64,000 nucleotides of DNA from Spirochaetota bacterium (GCA_029562645.1 JAKQUI010000033.1:59146-123145), one strand, 5' to 3'; positions 10,036-19,399 are shown, counted from the first letter of the stretch. Numbers and translations are program-made. The notes: a model not told the origin generated them from the letters alone.

Positions 10036-11415
10036 ATGATTGGACAATTGAAAATAGGACGCCGATTTCTCTTTCGCTACGCGCTCGCACTTGCACTTGC
10101 ACTGTGCGCCATCGCCGCATGCAATAACACCCTCAACGAATACAAGGACGGATCATACTTCGTCGGGTCGCAGCGGATGATTACGTGGGCGAAGACATAC
10201 GGCGGGAGCTTCGAAGACGCCGCGATGGCCATCACCCAGACCTCCGATGGCGGATATGCCGTTGCCGGATACTCATTTTCGAACGATGGCGACGTGACCG
10301 GCAATCACGGCATGGCCGACTTCTGGGTGGTGAAGGTTGATTCCGACGGGAACCTCCAGTGGCAGCGCAATTACGGCGGCAGCGAGGATGATAGGGCTTA
10401 TGATATTAAACAAACCGCGGATGGCGGATTCATTCTCGTGGGCAACACCAAGTCAACTAACGGCGACATCACCGTGGAAAGCGCGCATCATGGTGGATAC
10501 GACATCTGGGTGCTCAAGATCGATGCGCTCGGCGATATTCAGTGGCAGCGGTGCTTCGGGGGCAGCCTCAATGATTATGGAACAAGCATACAGATTATCT
10601 CCTCCGGGTATGTCGTCGCAGGCTATGCGCTTTCCTCGAACGGCAACCTGACGGGAAACAACGGAAGCGCAGACGTGTGGGTGTTCACGATTGACAACAC
10701 CGGTACGCTCACCCGACAGGCGAATTTCGGCGGTCCGGCAACCGACAGCGCAACGTCGATCCAGCAAACCAGTGACGGAGGATACATTGTCGCCGCCCAC
10801 ACGCAATCGAACTCCGGAGACGTCTCCGGAAACAATGGCGCGATGGATGCGTGGATCATCAAACTCAACTCCTCGCTCTCAATCACCAATTCGACATGCC
10901 TCGGCGGAACCCTCGACGATCAGGCCAATGCCATCCGACAAACGGGAGACGGCGGGTATATCGTCGCCGGGTACGCCAACTCTGGAAACGGCGACGTGGT
11001 CGGGCAACACAATGCGGGCACGGCCGACCAGTGGGTCGTCAAGCTGAGCGGTTCGCTCGCTATCCAATGGCAGCGGTGCCTGGGGGGCTCGTCGAACGAT
11101 TTTGCCGAAGCGGTCCGGATCGCAAATGACGGCGGATATATCGTGGCAGGATACACGAGCTCCAGCGACGGCGACATAGCGGGCAAGCACGGGCAGGAAG
11201 ACGTGTGGATCGTCAAGCTTACCGCATCCGGCGCGATTCAGTGGGGCAAGTGTTTCGGCGGGGACGACAATGACCGCGCGAACAGCGTATATCCGGCATC
11301 CGACGGAGGATTCATCGTTGCCGGATATTCGAATTCGACAAACGGAGACGTCACCTTCAATCACGGGATCAGCGACTTCTTCCTCGTAAAAGTCAACGAC
11401 TGGGGCAACTGGTAG
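10036..11415 (+). CDS. seven-bladed SBBP-type beta-propeller lipoprotein
   Basis: Start at MIGQLKIGRRFLFRYALALALALCAIAACNN (lipobox). Seven tandem units of about 47 aa of the form (Y/F)GG...D.A..I.QTSDGGY(I/A)VAGY..S.DGD(V/I).G.HG..D.W(V/I)VKL...G..QWQ(R)C. Confidence 0.6.
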   Translation: MIGQLKIGRRFLFRYALALALALCAIAACNNTLNEYKDGSYFVGSQRMITWAKTYGGSFEDAAMAITQTSDGGYAVAGYSFSNDGDVTGNHGMADFWVVKVDSDGNLQWQRNYGGSEDDRAYDIKQTADGGFILVGNTKSTNGDITVESAHHGGYDIWVLKIDALGDIQWQRCFGGSLNDYGTSIQIISSGYVVAGYALSSNGNLTGNNGSADVWVFTIDNTGTLTRQANFGGPATDSATSIQQTSDGGYIVAAHTQSNSGDVSGNNGAMDAWIIKLNSSLSITNSTCLGGTLDDQANAIRQTGDGGYIVAGYANSGNGDVVGQHNAGTADQWVVKLSGSLAIQWQRCLGGSSNDFAEAVRIANDGGYIVAGYTSSSDGDIAGKHGQEDVWIVKLTASGAIQWGKCFGGDDNDRANSVYPASDGGFIVAGYSNSTNGDVTFNHGISDFFLVKVNDWGNW

Positions 11416-11416
11416 G

Positions 11417-12499
11417 CTAAAACTGGTAGCGCACGCCCAGCGATCCGGTCACATAGTGTCCGAAGGAGCTGCGCTCGAAGAACACGGTGTACGCCGGGAT
11501 GAACAGCACATTCAACCGCTCGCCGATCGCGACATCGAGCTCGCACCCGCCCGTGACCGTGGGATCGTAATAATAGTCCTTTTTATATTCGTACCGCCCC
11601 GACGCGTCCGGCCCGTCCTTGTCCCCGTCGATCACGTGCAACAGATACCCGACCCCGGCGAACGGCAGCACCCGCACGGACCTGCCGGGCTGGAAGGCGT
11701 ATCCCGCGTTGACTGAAATCGCCGCGAGCCAGGCCGATTGAATGCTCTCGCGATTGTCCTTGAGCGAGTAGTACGACAATGCGAGGATAGGAACGATGTT
11801 CCGGTACGGCACCACCCGTCCTGCGGCGTAGAGGGTCCCGCCGTATCCCTCGGTGATGTAATTCGCGAAATCCCCCAGCGGCTTCATGAAGCTGAACGTG
11901 AACGCGACGCCGTCGAGCTCGATGCCCTTGAACCGCTCGTCCCGCTCGATCGGTCGGCGGCGGTAGTATTCGATGATGTCCTTCGCGATGGCGCGCGTGC
12001 GCTCAATGAGCTGCGGCCTGCCGCCCGCGTCCTCCTGGAAGCGCAACTCCCCGGTCCCGGTGCCCGCGTCCACCACCTGCACCGTGATCACATACACGTC
12101 ACGAAAGAGCTCCTTGACCACATAGGGGCCGATCTGCTGCTCCCCGTACTTCTCGACCCGACGCCGTACCTCGCCGATGACGATCTTGTCGCTGGGCAGC
12201 GCCTTGCCGAGCGAAACGGCGCATGCGCTCTCGAAGCACTCCACGGAGGCGAGGCCGGCCTTCTGCGCGCCCGCCGCCACCTCCTCCCTGCTCGCGACGG
12301 CAATGAAGCCCGAGGCGCGCAGGTCCGCACGCAGCGTGTCGGCCACCTCGGCGACGACATTCGCGGGCGCATTGTCCGGCCGCGGATCGAGCACCATAAA
12401 TCTGAGCGGGGCGGACGCCTGCTCGTCACTCCCGAATGCGGACGCGGCACCGGCGAGCAATGCGAGCGCCATCATACAAAAATGAATTTTTTTGATCAT
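11417..12499 (-). CDS. two-domain outer-membrane protein, paralog B
   Basis: 360 aa. Signal peptide MIKKIHFCMMALALLAGAASAFG. Same architecture and clear similarity to 8799..9896. Ends ...SLGVRYQF. Its stop lies 1 nt from the stop of the SBBP gene (tail-to-tail). Confidence 0.55.
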   Translation of the reverse strand: MIKKIHFCMMALALLAGAASAFGSDEQASAPLRFMVLDPRPDNAPANVVAEVADTLRADLRASGFIAVASREEVAAGAQKAGLASVECFESACAVSLGKALPSDKIVIGEVRRRVEKYGEQQIGPYVVKELFRDVYVITVQVVDAGTGTGELRFQEDAGGRPQLIERTRAIAKDIIEYYRRRPIERDERFKGIELDGVAFTFSFMKPLGDFANYITEGYGGTLYAAGRVVPYRNIVPILALSYYSLKDNRESIQSAWLAAISVNAGYAFQPGRSVRVLPFAGVGYLLHVIDGDKDGPDASGRYEYKKDYYYDPTVTGGCELDVAIGERLNVLFIPAYTVFFERSSFGHYVTGSLGVRYQF

Positions 12500-12665
12500 T
12501 TAAATATCAATGTGTAATTTATAATATGTATTTCCGGATAGCCGCTTTGGCATTTTTCGCCGTTTAGAAAAAAAAGTTCAAGTAAAAAAATATACATTTG
12601 ACAGAAAATAAATATTGTTGATTAGTGTTGCACAATTTTCGATCGACCTCCGAATCGAATACAAT

Positions 12666-12851
12666 ATGAAGCCCCTATACATAGATGTCGGAAAAGACGA
12701 GAATGATCGCTTCCCGCTCTGCCCGCACTGCGGGAGCGAGCTTCGGACAATCACCGACTATCGCAGCCACTTGAAGTTCATGTCGAACATGCATGTGTTC
12801 TGCTGCTCGAAATGCAATACGGCATTAGGCGTTACGGCCGTCTCGAAATAA
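12666..12851 (+). CDS. small zinc-ribbon protein
   Basis: 61 aa from MKPLYIDVGKDENDRFPLCPHCGSELRT...VFCCSKCNTALGV, giving CxxC...CxxC. A TTGACA-17-ATTAGT promoter-like motif lies at about 12598-12626. Confidence 0.4.
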   Translation: MKPLYIDVGKDENDRFPLCPHCGSELRTITDYRSHLKFMSNMHVFCCSKCNTALGVTAVSK

Positions 12852-12885
12852 ACGGACATTCCCCCATGCCGCGAAGGCGAGGTAT

Positions 12886-15393
12886 ATGATGAAATCGATC
12901 ACGCGCTATATGAAATATTTTTCCGGAATTGGCATTGTGATACTGCTGATCGTTTCAACAGGCTGCGGGAATATGATGGACGGGTATAGTGAAGGGGATG
13001 GGCCGGGCTCCGGGGACGCGAGTGGCGCAAATCCCTCCTTCAATGCCGCACCGGAGGTCTCCTTTACCAATCTTCGCAACAGACAACTGGTAAACAGCCC
13101 CATCGTCATTACCGGAGCTTCAGACGACGACCTGAGCGTGGACACGGTGCAGCTTTTTATCGATGGCGTCCCCCATGACGCAACGACCACCACGATGTGG
13201 TCGACCTGGACCTTCGACCTGGCGGGCGTCGCGCTGTCTTCGGGCCGGCACGAGTTTCGTGCCGTTGCAACGGACGCGAGCGGCGCCGAAGGATCCACGA
13301 CCGTTATCGTATACTTCCAGGACGGCCCCGACATGCTCCCCGTCGATGTCGATGCCGCTTCACTCGTATATGACTCGCAAACTCTTGCAGTAAACGGGAC
13401 GGTTTCCGTGACCGTTCGCAATCCCAGCGCCTACGCGGTGGAAGAACCCTATCGCGTGACTCTCTTCGCCGACGCGAACGGCAACGGGACCTACGAATCC
13501 GGAACCGACAGCATTCTCGGCGGCACGACCGTGGCGGACGGGCCCGCCGCGAACAGCGAATCGACGATTTCCATACCCGTAAACGCGACTGCCCTCTTCC
13601 GCGACAATCCCGTGTATGCGTTTGTCGATTCCGACGAAGCTATCATGGAGACCGATGAAATCAACAACGTGTATAACAGCATGGCGAGCTGCACTTATAC
13701 GGCACCACCAGGGACGTTTAATCCGGTGGTGAAGTGGCAGTGGACGGGGAGTACGGTGAATCCAAGTTCAAACCAAGTCATGTGTTCTCCCGTGGTAGCG
13801 AACCTCAACGATGACAATGGAGACGGGAAAATCGACAGCAATGACATTCCTGACATTATCTTCAATACTTTTTACAGTTACTACTACCACGACAGCGGAA
13901 CTCTCCGTGCAATCAGCGGTGACGGCACAATGGAATTATTCTCCGTCACCGGATATCCAACTTCACCAGGAGGGAATCCTGCCGTTGGAGACATCGACAA
14001 TGACGGCTTTCCGGACATTCTTGCAATTGGCCAAGAATCGGAAGGGAGCAAATTATTGTGTTTTAATCATGATGGAACTCTCAAATGGATATCTACAGAA
14101 GGAACGGGGAGTTATCTCTCCTGCCCTGCAATCGCAGACATCGATCACGATGGCGTTCCAGAGATCATTGTCGGCTCAAAGGTTTACAATAACAACGGGA
14201 CACTTCGCTGGCAAGGAACTCTTGGGACTGGGAGGAACAATTCTACCGTTGCCGACATAGACATGGACGGAGACATGGAAATCATTGCCGGGAATACTGT
14301 TTATCGTTCGAATGGTGATGTTTACTGGCAAAATGATCTTGTGTATGACGGCTATACGGCGATCGGAAACTTTGATGACGATTTCCTCCCTGAAATTGTT
14401 GTCGTAATGCAAGGCAATGTGTGGCTTCTGGAACATGATGGCGCAATCAAGTGGGGCCCGATAAATCTGCCGCATGGAGCCACACCAGCGCGTGGTGGAC
14501 CGCCCACCATAGCTGACATTGATGGCGATCAAGAGCCAGAAATCGGCATCGCCTGCGCCGAGTTCTTTGTTGTTCTTGAAACTGATGGAACAATTAAATG
14601 GCAGCAGCCAATTGACGATACGACCTCTTCAATCACTGGCTCATCAGTATTCGATTTCGAAGGCGACGGTAAAGCTGAGCTCGTATATGCTGATCAATAC
14701 AAACTCCGTATTTTTAACGGCCAAACTGGCGCGATCATTTTCGAGCACACTGCGGGTTCGGGAACGCTTCTCGAAATACCGATTGTTGTCGACGTCGACA
14801 ACGACAACAAGGCCGAAATTGTTGTTGTCGCGAATAATTACTGGAATTCATCGGTCAATCAAGGAGTTTACGTCTTCGGCGATGCGAACAACACCTGGGT
14901 AAACACCCGCAAGATCTGGAACCAGCACTCGTATCACGTAACCAACGTGAACGACGATGCCACCATCCCGCGCGTAGAACAGAACAACTGGATTACGTAC
15001 AACAACTACCGCCAGAACCAGCTTGAGCGACCATCCGGATGCTTTGACGTGTCCGCGTCGTACGTCCGCGTCACGCCTGATGCAAATCCAGGCGATTATA
15101 CCATCACCGCCCGCATCGGCAACAGCGGCGCGCTCGCAATTGGAAACACTATCGATGTAGCACTCTTCGACGGCAACCCGGAGACCGGCGGAACGCTGCT
15201 TGGCGTGAGTCAGATAACCAACCGCATGGAGGTTGGCGCATGCGTGGACGTCACATTCACGTGGAGCGGACCGGCGGCCGGGACACATTCGATCTATATC
15301 GTCGCTGACAGTAATGGGACAGGATTGAGTCGGTTGCGGGAGATGAATGAGGGGAATAATACGGGGACAACGTCAATAAATATTACTCCCTAG
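12886..15393 (+). CDS. FG-GAP/VCBS repeat lipoprotein with a C-terminal CARDB-like domain
   Basis: 835 aa. Lipobox LLIVSTGCG. Repeated D-x-D/N-x-D-G Ca-binding loops (DIDNDGFPDILAIG, ADIDHDGVPEIIVGS, ADIDMDGDMEIIAGN, DFEGDGKAELVYAD, VDVDNDNKAEIVVVA). The central part of the gene is markedly lower in GC than its 5' end. Confidence 0.6.
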   Translation: MMKSITRYMKYFSGIGIVILLIVSTGCGNMMDGYSEGDGPGSGDASGANPSFNAAPEVSFTNLRNRQLVNSPIVITGASDDDLSVDTVQLFIDGVPHDATTTTMWSTWTFDLAGVALSSGRHEFRAVATDASGAEGSTTVIVYFQDGPDMLPVDVDAASLVYDSQTLAVNGTVSVTVRNPSAYAVEEPYRVTLFADANGNGTYESGTDSILGGTTVADGPAANSESTISIPVNATALFRDNPVYAFVDSDEAIMETDEINNVYNSMASCTYTAPPGTFNPVVKWQWTGSTVNPSSNQVMCSPVVANLNDDNGDGKIDSNDIPDIIFNTFYSYYYHDSGTLRAISGDGTMELFSVTGYPTSPGGNPAVGDIDNDGFPDILAIGQESEGSKLLCFNHDGTLKWISTEGTGSYLSCPAIADIDHDGVPEIIVGSKVYNNNGTLRWQGTLGTGRNNSTVADIDMDGDMEIIAGNTVYRSNGDVYWQNDLVYDGYTAIGNFDDDFLPEIVVVMQGNVWLLEHDGAIKWGPINLPHGATPARGGPPTIADIDGDQEPEIGIACAEFFVVLETDGTIKWQQPIDDTTSSITGSSVFDFEGDGKAELVYADQYKLRIFNGQTGAIIFEHTAGSGTLLEIPIVVDVDNDNKAEIVVVANNYWNSSVNQGVYVFGDANNTWVNTRKIWNQHSYHVTNVNDDATIPRVEQNNWITYNNYRQNQLERPSGCFDVSASYVRVTPDANPGDYTITARIGNSGALAIGNTIDVALFDGNPETGGTLLGVSQITNRMEVGACVDVTFTWSGPAAGTHSIYIVADSNGTGLSRLREMNEGNNTGTTSINITP

Positions 15394-15443
15394 CGAAATA
15401 TTGTGCAATTTTTTATTTCGTTCATTAATGTTTTTTTTCACAT

Positions 15444-16322
15444 TCACGAAAGAAGGTATTCATCCACCAGCTGATCAGCGCCGTTTTGCGAGAAATCAAA
15501 ATCACGATACTCCCGCATTCGGCGCTGCCCCGTCTCGAATGTACGTACCGCGGGAACAAATATCGCTTCTTTGTTAAAGTAAATCATTTCCCAGAAAAAA
15601 TTATACCCGGCCCCGCACACAACGAGATCGAAAGCATTGTAGTAATCCGCAATTGGGAACAAGCCGTTCTCGTAATTCGATGAAAATTTTAACACATAGC
15701 CCTGCTCTTGCAAATACGAATATTCTTTTACCACTTGATGATACTCGCCAGGTTCCCCATTGTAGGCGATTAAACAATTCTGTTCGTTATGCGACAAGCC
15801 GATGCGTGCACAAGCCTGCTCTCTCGAAAGCAATTCATCCCGATTGCGTACAATGATTGGGCTAATGGCCTTCATTCGCACTTTTGAGTCAAACGGTTCA
15901 ATTCTCAAGACAAAATCGAAGGCGTCAGGATTAAAATCTAACAAACCACCATTCAGTTCCATTTGGAAAAATCGATCGTTCACCTGACGACAGAGAAATA
16001 TTTTTTTACATGCGAGATCACCAATGAAGTGGTACAACGGAAACCAGAGGAGATCAACAATGAGGACATCCGGACGCAAGCGCGACAACTCATTAAACAA
16101 ATGGGAAGACTTATAATTTCTGTCTGAGAGTGCCTCCTCGTCCTCTAATGGTATTTCTCTATGTGCAAATTTTAATTCGTCGCAAAGAAACGCGAAATCG
16201 GAACTACTCAAGATGGCATACTCTGCATCAAGCCCCTTACGACGAAGGGCATTGCCGATTGCAATGCCCCTTACGATTCTACCGGAACCAGTTATTCCTG
16301 AGGTATAATAAATTATCCGCAA
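15444..16322 (-). CDS. glycosyltransferase-like protein (GT-B / MurG-like N-terminal nucleotide-sugar motif)
   Basis: 292 aa. N-terminal MRIIYYTSGITGSGRIVRGIAIGNAL resembles the G-rich loop of GT28/MurG-type transferases. The gene is about 40-45% GC, far below the window average. Confidence 0.4.
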   Translation of the reverse strand: MRIIYYTSGITGSGRIVRGIAIGNALRRKGLDAEYAILSSSDFAFLCDELKFAHREIPLEDEEALSDRNYKSSHLFNELSRLRPDVLIVDLLWFPLYHFIGDLACKKIFLCRQVNDRFFQMELNGGLLDFNPDAFDFVLRIEPFDSKVRMKAISPIIVRNRDELLSREQACARIGLSHNEQNCLIAYNGEPGEYHQVVKEYSYLQEQGYVLKFSSNYENGLFPIADYYNAFDLVVCGAGYNFFWEMIYFNKEAIFVPAVRTFETGQRRMREYRDFDFSQNGADQLVDEYLLS

Positions 16323-16325
16323 GGA

Positions 16326-17597
16326 TCAACACTCGTAGAATTTAAAGTACCCGACACCCACACCTTTCGAGCCATATGATTGCCAATTTTCACCATCAAT
16401 ATCATCAAAGGCAAGTAACTGATCATACCCAGGATCACTTTCATCAATCACAAAAATCTTTCTATTTGTTTTTGCAACAATACGTTCCGGACCATAAAAT
16501 TTGCCAGGCCCAGATGGAGAACCCCCCGGTAAAACTGAACCATACCCCCGTACAAACCTTAGATTCTTATCAAGCTCAATAAATCTATAGCCATTCGCTC
16601 CAGCATTATTTGAAACAAACACCTTGTCATCCTTAACACAAATATCCCTAGCCCCGTTGATTTGAAAAGTATACGACCCAATCAGCGTCCCACTTCCACT
16701 TGGATTAAATTTATGAATCTTCTGCGTAGTTGCTATATATAAAATTCCATCGGTGTCAACCGCAAGGCCACGGATAAACTCCACGCCGTTGAGTGTAAAG
16801 GACTGGAGATTACCCCCAGCCGTATCTCTTCTATATACAGTACTAGGATCGTTAGCATTTTGAGTATAATAAACAAGGTTACTTTTTCGGTCAATCGCGA
16901 TCGAAGGATTCGTAAGCCCAGCAGTAACAATCGTATCGCACGTGGTACTATAAATATTATCAATCCTCACCATAAGTGGGGTCGTTGAATTAGAAATTAT
17001 ATAAATCCTCCCTTGGGCATCAAAGTCAATATCATATGGCTGCATTGCTCCCCCATAACCGATCTGCGAACCATTTCGATCAATCCAATTCTTCCCAGCC
17101 ATGTTTTCTATTTGAACGATACGATAATTTCTAAAATCCGGAATCACCAACTTCGTTTCATATGTCACCATCTGCATGGCGACTTCTTTCGTCTCCCCCG
17201 GCTCGAGATCCGCGGTGAGCGTCCCGCGATAGGAGAGCACCGCGCTCGGATCGCCGTCCTTCACGTAGCCGATCACCTGTATAAAACGCGACTTGCCCGC
17301 GGGGACAGTCACGGTGATATAGGTGGGCGGCGGCGAGTAGGAATTCTCGAAGGTCTTGATGTCCTCGGCGCTCACCACGATGGACACGCTCGCGATGTTC
17401 GACGGCGCCGCATACGCCTTCGGCATGATGAAATTCATGAACCGGTCGAACCGGGTCTTTGGAGCATTGAAGGCCTGGTCGAGGCCGAGGTTGATCACCA
17501 CGGTGGAATCGCCAAGCTCTCCGTCGGATTTGATGCAGCGAACGGATAGCATGCACAATGACGCCGCCAGAACGGTAATTGTGATTTTCTTTATCAT
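16326..17597 (-). CDS. secreted NHL-repeat (six-bladed beta-propeller) protein
   Basis: Start at MIKKITITVLAASLCMLSVRC (signal peptide). Repeated units such as ...LVYYTQNANDPSTVYRRD..., ...GILYIATTQKIHKFNPSG... and ...DKVFVSNNAGANGYRFIELD... fit NHL blades. The distal two-thirds is AT-rich and the 5' third is GC-rich. Confidence 0.5.
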   Translation of the reverse strand: MIKKITITVLAASLCMLSVRCIKSDGELGDSTVVINLGLDQAFNAPKTRFDRFMNFIMPKAYAAPSNIASVSIVVSAEDIKTFENSYSPPPTYITVTVPAGKSRFIQVIGYVKDGDPSAVLSYRGTLTADLEPGETKEVAMQMVTYETKLVIPDFRNYRIVQIENMAGKNWIDRNGSQIGYGGAMQPYDIDFDAQGRIYIISNSTTPLMVRIDNIYSTTCDTIVTAGLTNPSIAIDRKSNLVYYTQNANDPSTVYRRDTAGGNLQSFTLNGVEFIRGLAVDTDGILYIATTQKIHKFNPSGSGTLIGSYTFQINGARDICVKDDKVFVSNNAGANGYRFIELDKNLRFVRGYGSVLPGGSPSGPGKFYGPERIVAKTNRKIFVIDESDPGYDQLLAFDDIDGENWQSYGSKGVGVGYFKFYEC

Positions 17598-17719
17598 ACA
17601 GAAACTCCTCACGCACATACTCTTCCGCAAAAAACACACTGGGAGCGAGTTGGACGGTCTCTTTATATTCGGTACGTTTATAAAAGTACGATTTTCCGCG
17701 GAAATGTCAACAAAAATAT

Positions 17720-18445
17720 CTAGTTCGCGGTGATGACGACCGGCGTCCCCAGGCGAACGAAGCGGTCCAGCTCCACCACGTCGTTGTTGCGCATACGCAC
17801 GCAGCCGCTCGAGGAGAGCTGGCCCACGCCGGGCGCGTCGTTGTTGCCGTGGATGGCGATCCCGAAGCCGATCCCCGCCGGCTCGTCCGGGTCCTCCGCC
17901 GAGCGCGGGATGGAGCCTTTCTTGAGCGCAGCGGCGTACCTGCGCTCGTCGGCGGCGTTCGGATAGCTGATGCGAAAGAAGCGCGGGCCGTATACGTCGG
18001 TCCCCAGGTCCTCCTTCGGACGGCCGAACTTGAAGTGGCCGTCCTTGGCGTAAAAATGGGTCTCGTTCATCATCTTGAGTTTGCGGTACGATTCGGTGTT
18101 TTTCCCGGCGTCCATGCTCAGGATCTCGGTCACCTCGTAGGTCCCCTCGGGGGTGCGCAGGTCGCCCTCGTAGAGCTTCGGCCGGCGATCGCCGTTCCGG
18201 CCGTACCCGACGCGGTAGCTGGCGACCGTCTCGAGCTTTCGATTGATGACGCGCAGCGTGAACTCGCCCTTGCTCACATGGATGGCATACGGCCCCGGGT
18301 GCTTCGCAAAGGCCTTCCGCAGCTCGCTCTTAACGTCCGCAACGCACGACGTCGAGAACGCGACCATGAGACCGAGCGCCAGGACGAGCGATCTCGCGAC
18401 ATTCAACCGAGGCTTCAGTACGTTCTCATGCGATTGTTTGTTCAT
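17720..18445 (-). CDS. L,D-transpeptidase (YkuD domain)
   Basis: Start at MNKQSHENVLKPRLNVARSLVLALGLMVAFSTSCVA. C-terminal GIGFGIAIHGNNDAPGVGQLSSSGCVRMRNNDVVEL contains the conserved His...Ser-x-Gly-Cys-x-Arg catalytic motif. Confidence 0.65.
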   Translation of the reverse strand: MNKQSHENVLKPRLNVARSLVLALGLMVAFSTSCVADVKSELRKAFAKHPGPYAIHVSKGEFTLRVINRKLETVASYRVGYGRNGDRRPKLYEGDLRTPEGTYEVTEILSMDAGKNTESYRKLKMMNETHFYAKDGHFKFGRPKEDLGTDVYGPRFFRISYPNAADERRYAAALKKGSIPRSAEDPDEPAGIGFGIAIHGNNDAPGVGQLSSSGCVRMRNNDVVELDRFVRLGTPVVITAN

Positions 18446-18470
18446 TTCGATTCCATCCAGTGCGGCATTT

Positions 18471-18565
18471 ACCCCCTCTGGCCTCCGGCCATCTCCCCCT
18501 TCGCTAGGGGGAGATGCCAACAAGAAACCTCTCGCCACCCCTCCCCTAACGAAGAGGGAGGCTCC
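18471..18565. repeat. G/C-rich palindromic repeat element (CCCCT...AGGGG family), copy A
   Basis: Perfect hairpin ATCTCCCCCT-tcgct-AGGGGGAGAT (18491-18515) plus an imperfect hairpin CCTCCCCT-aacgaag-AGGGAGG (about 18540-18561). Sits in the lpxA-ldt spacer. Confidence 0.5.
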
Positions 18566-18631
18566 CAACAGGATATTGCAGTGCCGAGCGTGGACAGGAC
18601 GTCTAATAACGCTCGGCCCGGGAGGGGGCGG

Positions 18632-19399
18632 TTACTTATTGATCCCCCGGTCCGATCGCTCGATAAACGCGAGCATCTCCTGTCCGTCGGGATCGTTGCC
18701 GTATTCGGCCTTGATGCGCTCGACCGCCTGCGTGGTGTTGAGCTTGGAACGCACCAGCAGCTTGTAGAGGTTCTTGATGGTGCGGCGGCGCTCCTCGGAG
18801 AACCCGCGGCGGCGCAGGCCCACGATGTTGATGCCCGCGATGCGCGAGGGGTTGCCCTCGTGGATCATATACGGCACGCAGTCCATGTTGATGCGCGACA
18901 TCCCGCTGATCATGCAGTACTTCCCGATCTTCACGAACTGATGGAAGCCCACCAGTCCCGAGACGAAGCAGAAGTCGTCCACCTCCACGTAGCCGGCAAG
19001 CACCGTGTTGTTCGCGATGATCACCTCGTTGCCGACCTTCGTGTTGTGCGCCAGGTGCACGCCCGCCATGAGCATGCAGTTGGAGCCCATCGTCGTCGTG
19101 GTCCCCTCCTTGGTGCCGCGGTGGATCTGCACGAACTCGCGGATGAGGTTGTCGTCGCCCACCGACACGAACGACTGCCCGCCCTTCCAGGCGACGTCCT
19201 GCGGCGGCGCGCCGAGGTAGGCGGCGTGATAGATCTTGTTCCGCTGGCCGATGCTCACGTAGCCCTCGATGTGCACGTTGGGGCCGATCTCGGTGCCGTC
19301 GCCGATGGTGACGTCGCCGTGGATGTAGGCGAAGGGCCCCACCGTGACGTTCTGTCCCAGCTTCACGTTCCCCTCAATGATGGCCGTGTTGTGTATCAT
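18632..19399 (-). CDS. lpxA: UDP-N-acetylglucosamine O-acyltransferase
   Basis: 255 aa. MIHNTAIIEGNVKLGQNVTVGPFAYIHGDVTIGDGTEIGPNVHIEG... with left-handed beta-helix hexapeptide repeats and the LpxA C-terminal helical domain. Immediately follows lpxD. Confidence 0.9.
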   Translation of the reverse strand: MIHNTAIIEGNVKLGQNVTVGPFAYIHGDVTIGDGTEIGPNVHIEGYVSIGQRNKIYHAAYLGAPPQDVAWKGGQSFVSVGDDNLIREFVQIHRGTKEGTTTTMGSNCMLMAGVHLAHNTKVGNEVIIANNTVLAGYVEVDDFCFVSGLVGFHQFVKIGKYCMISGMSRINMDCVPYMIHEGNPSRIAGINIVGLRRRGFSEERRRTIKNLYKLLVRSKLNTTQAVERIKAEYGNDPDGQEMLAFIERSDRGINK

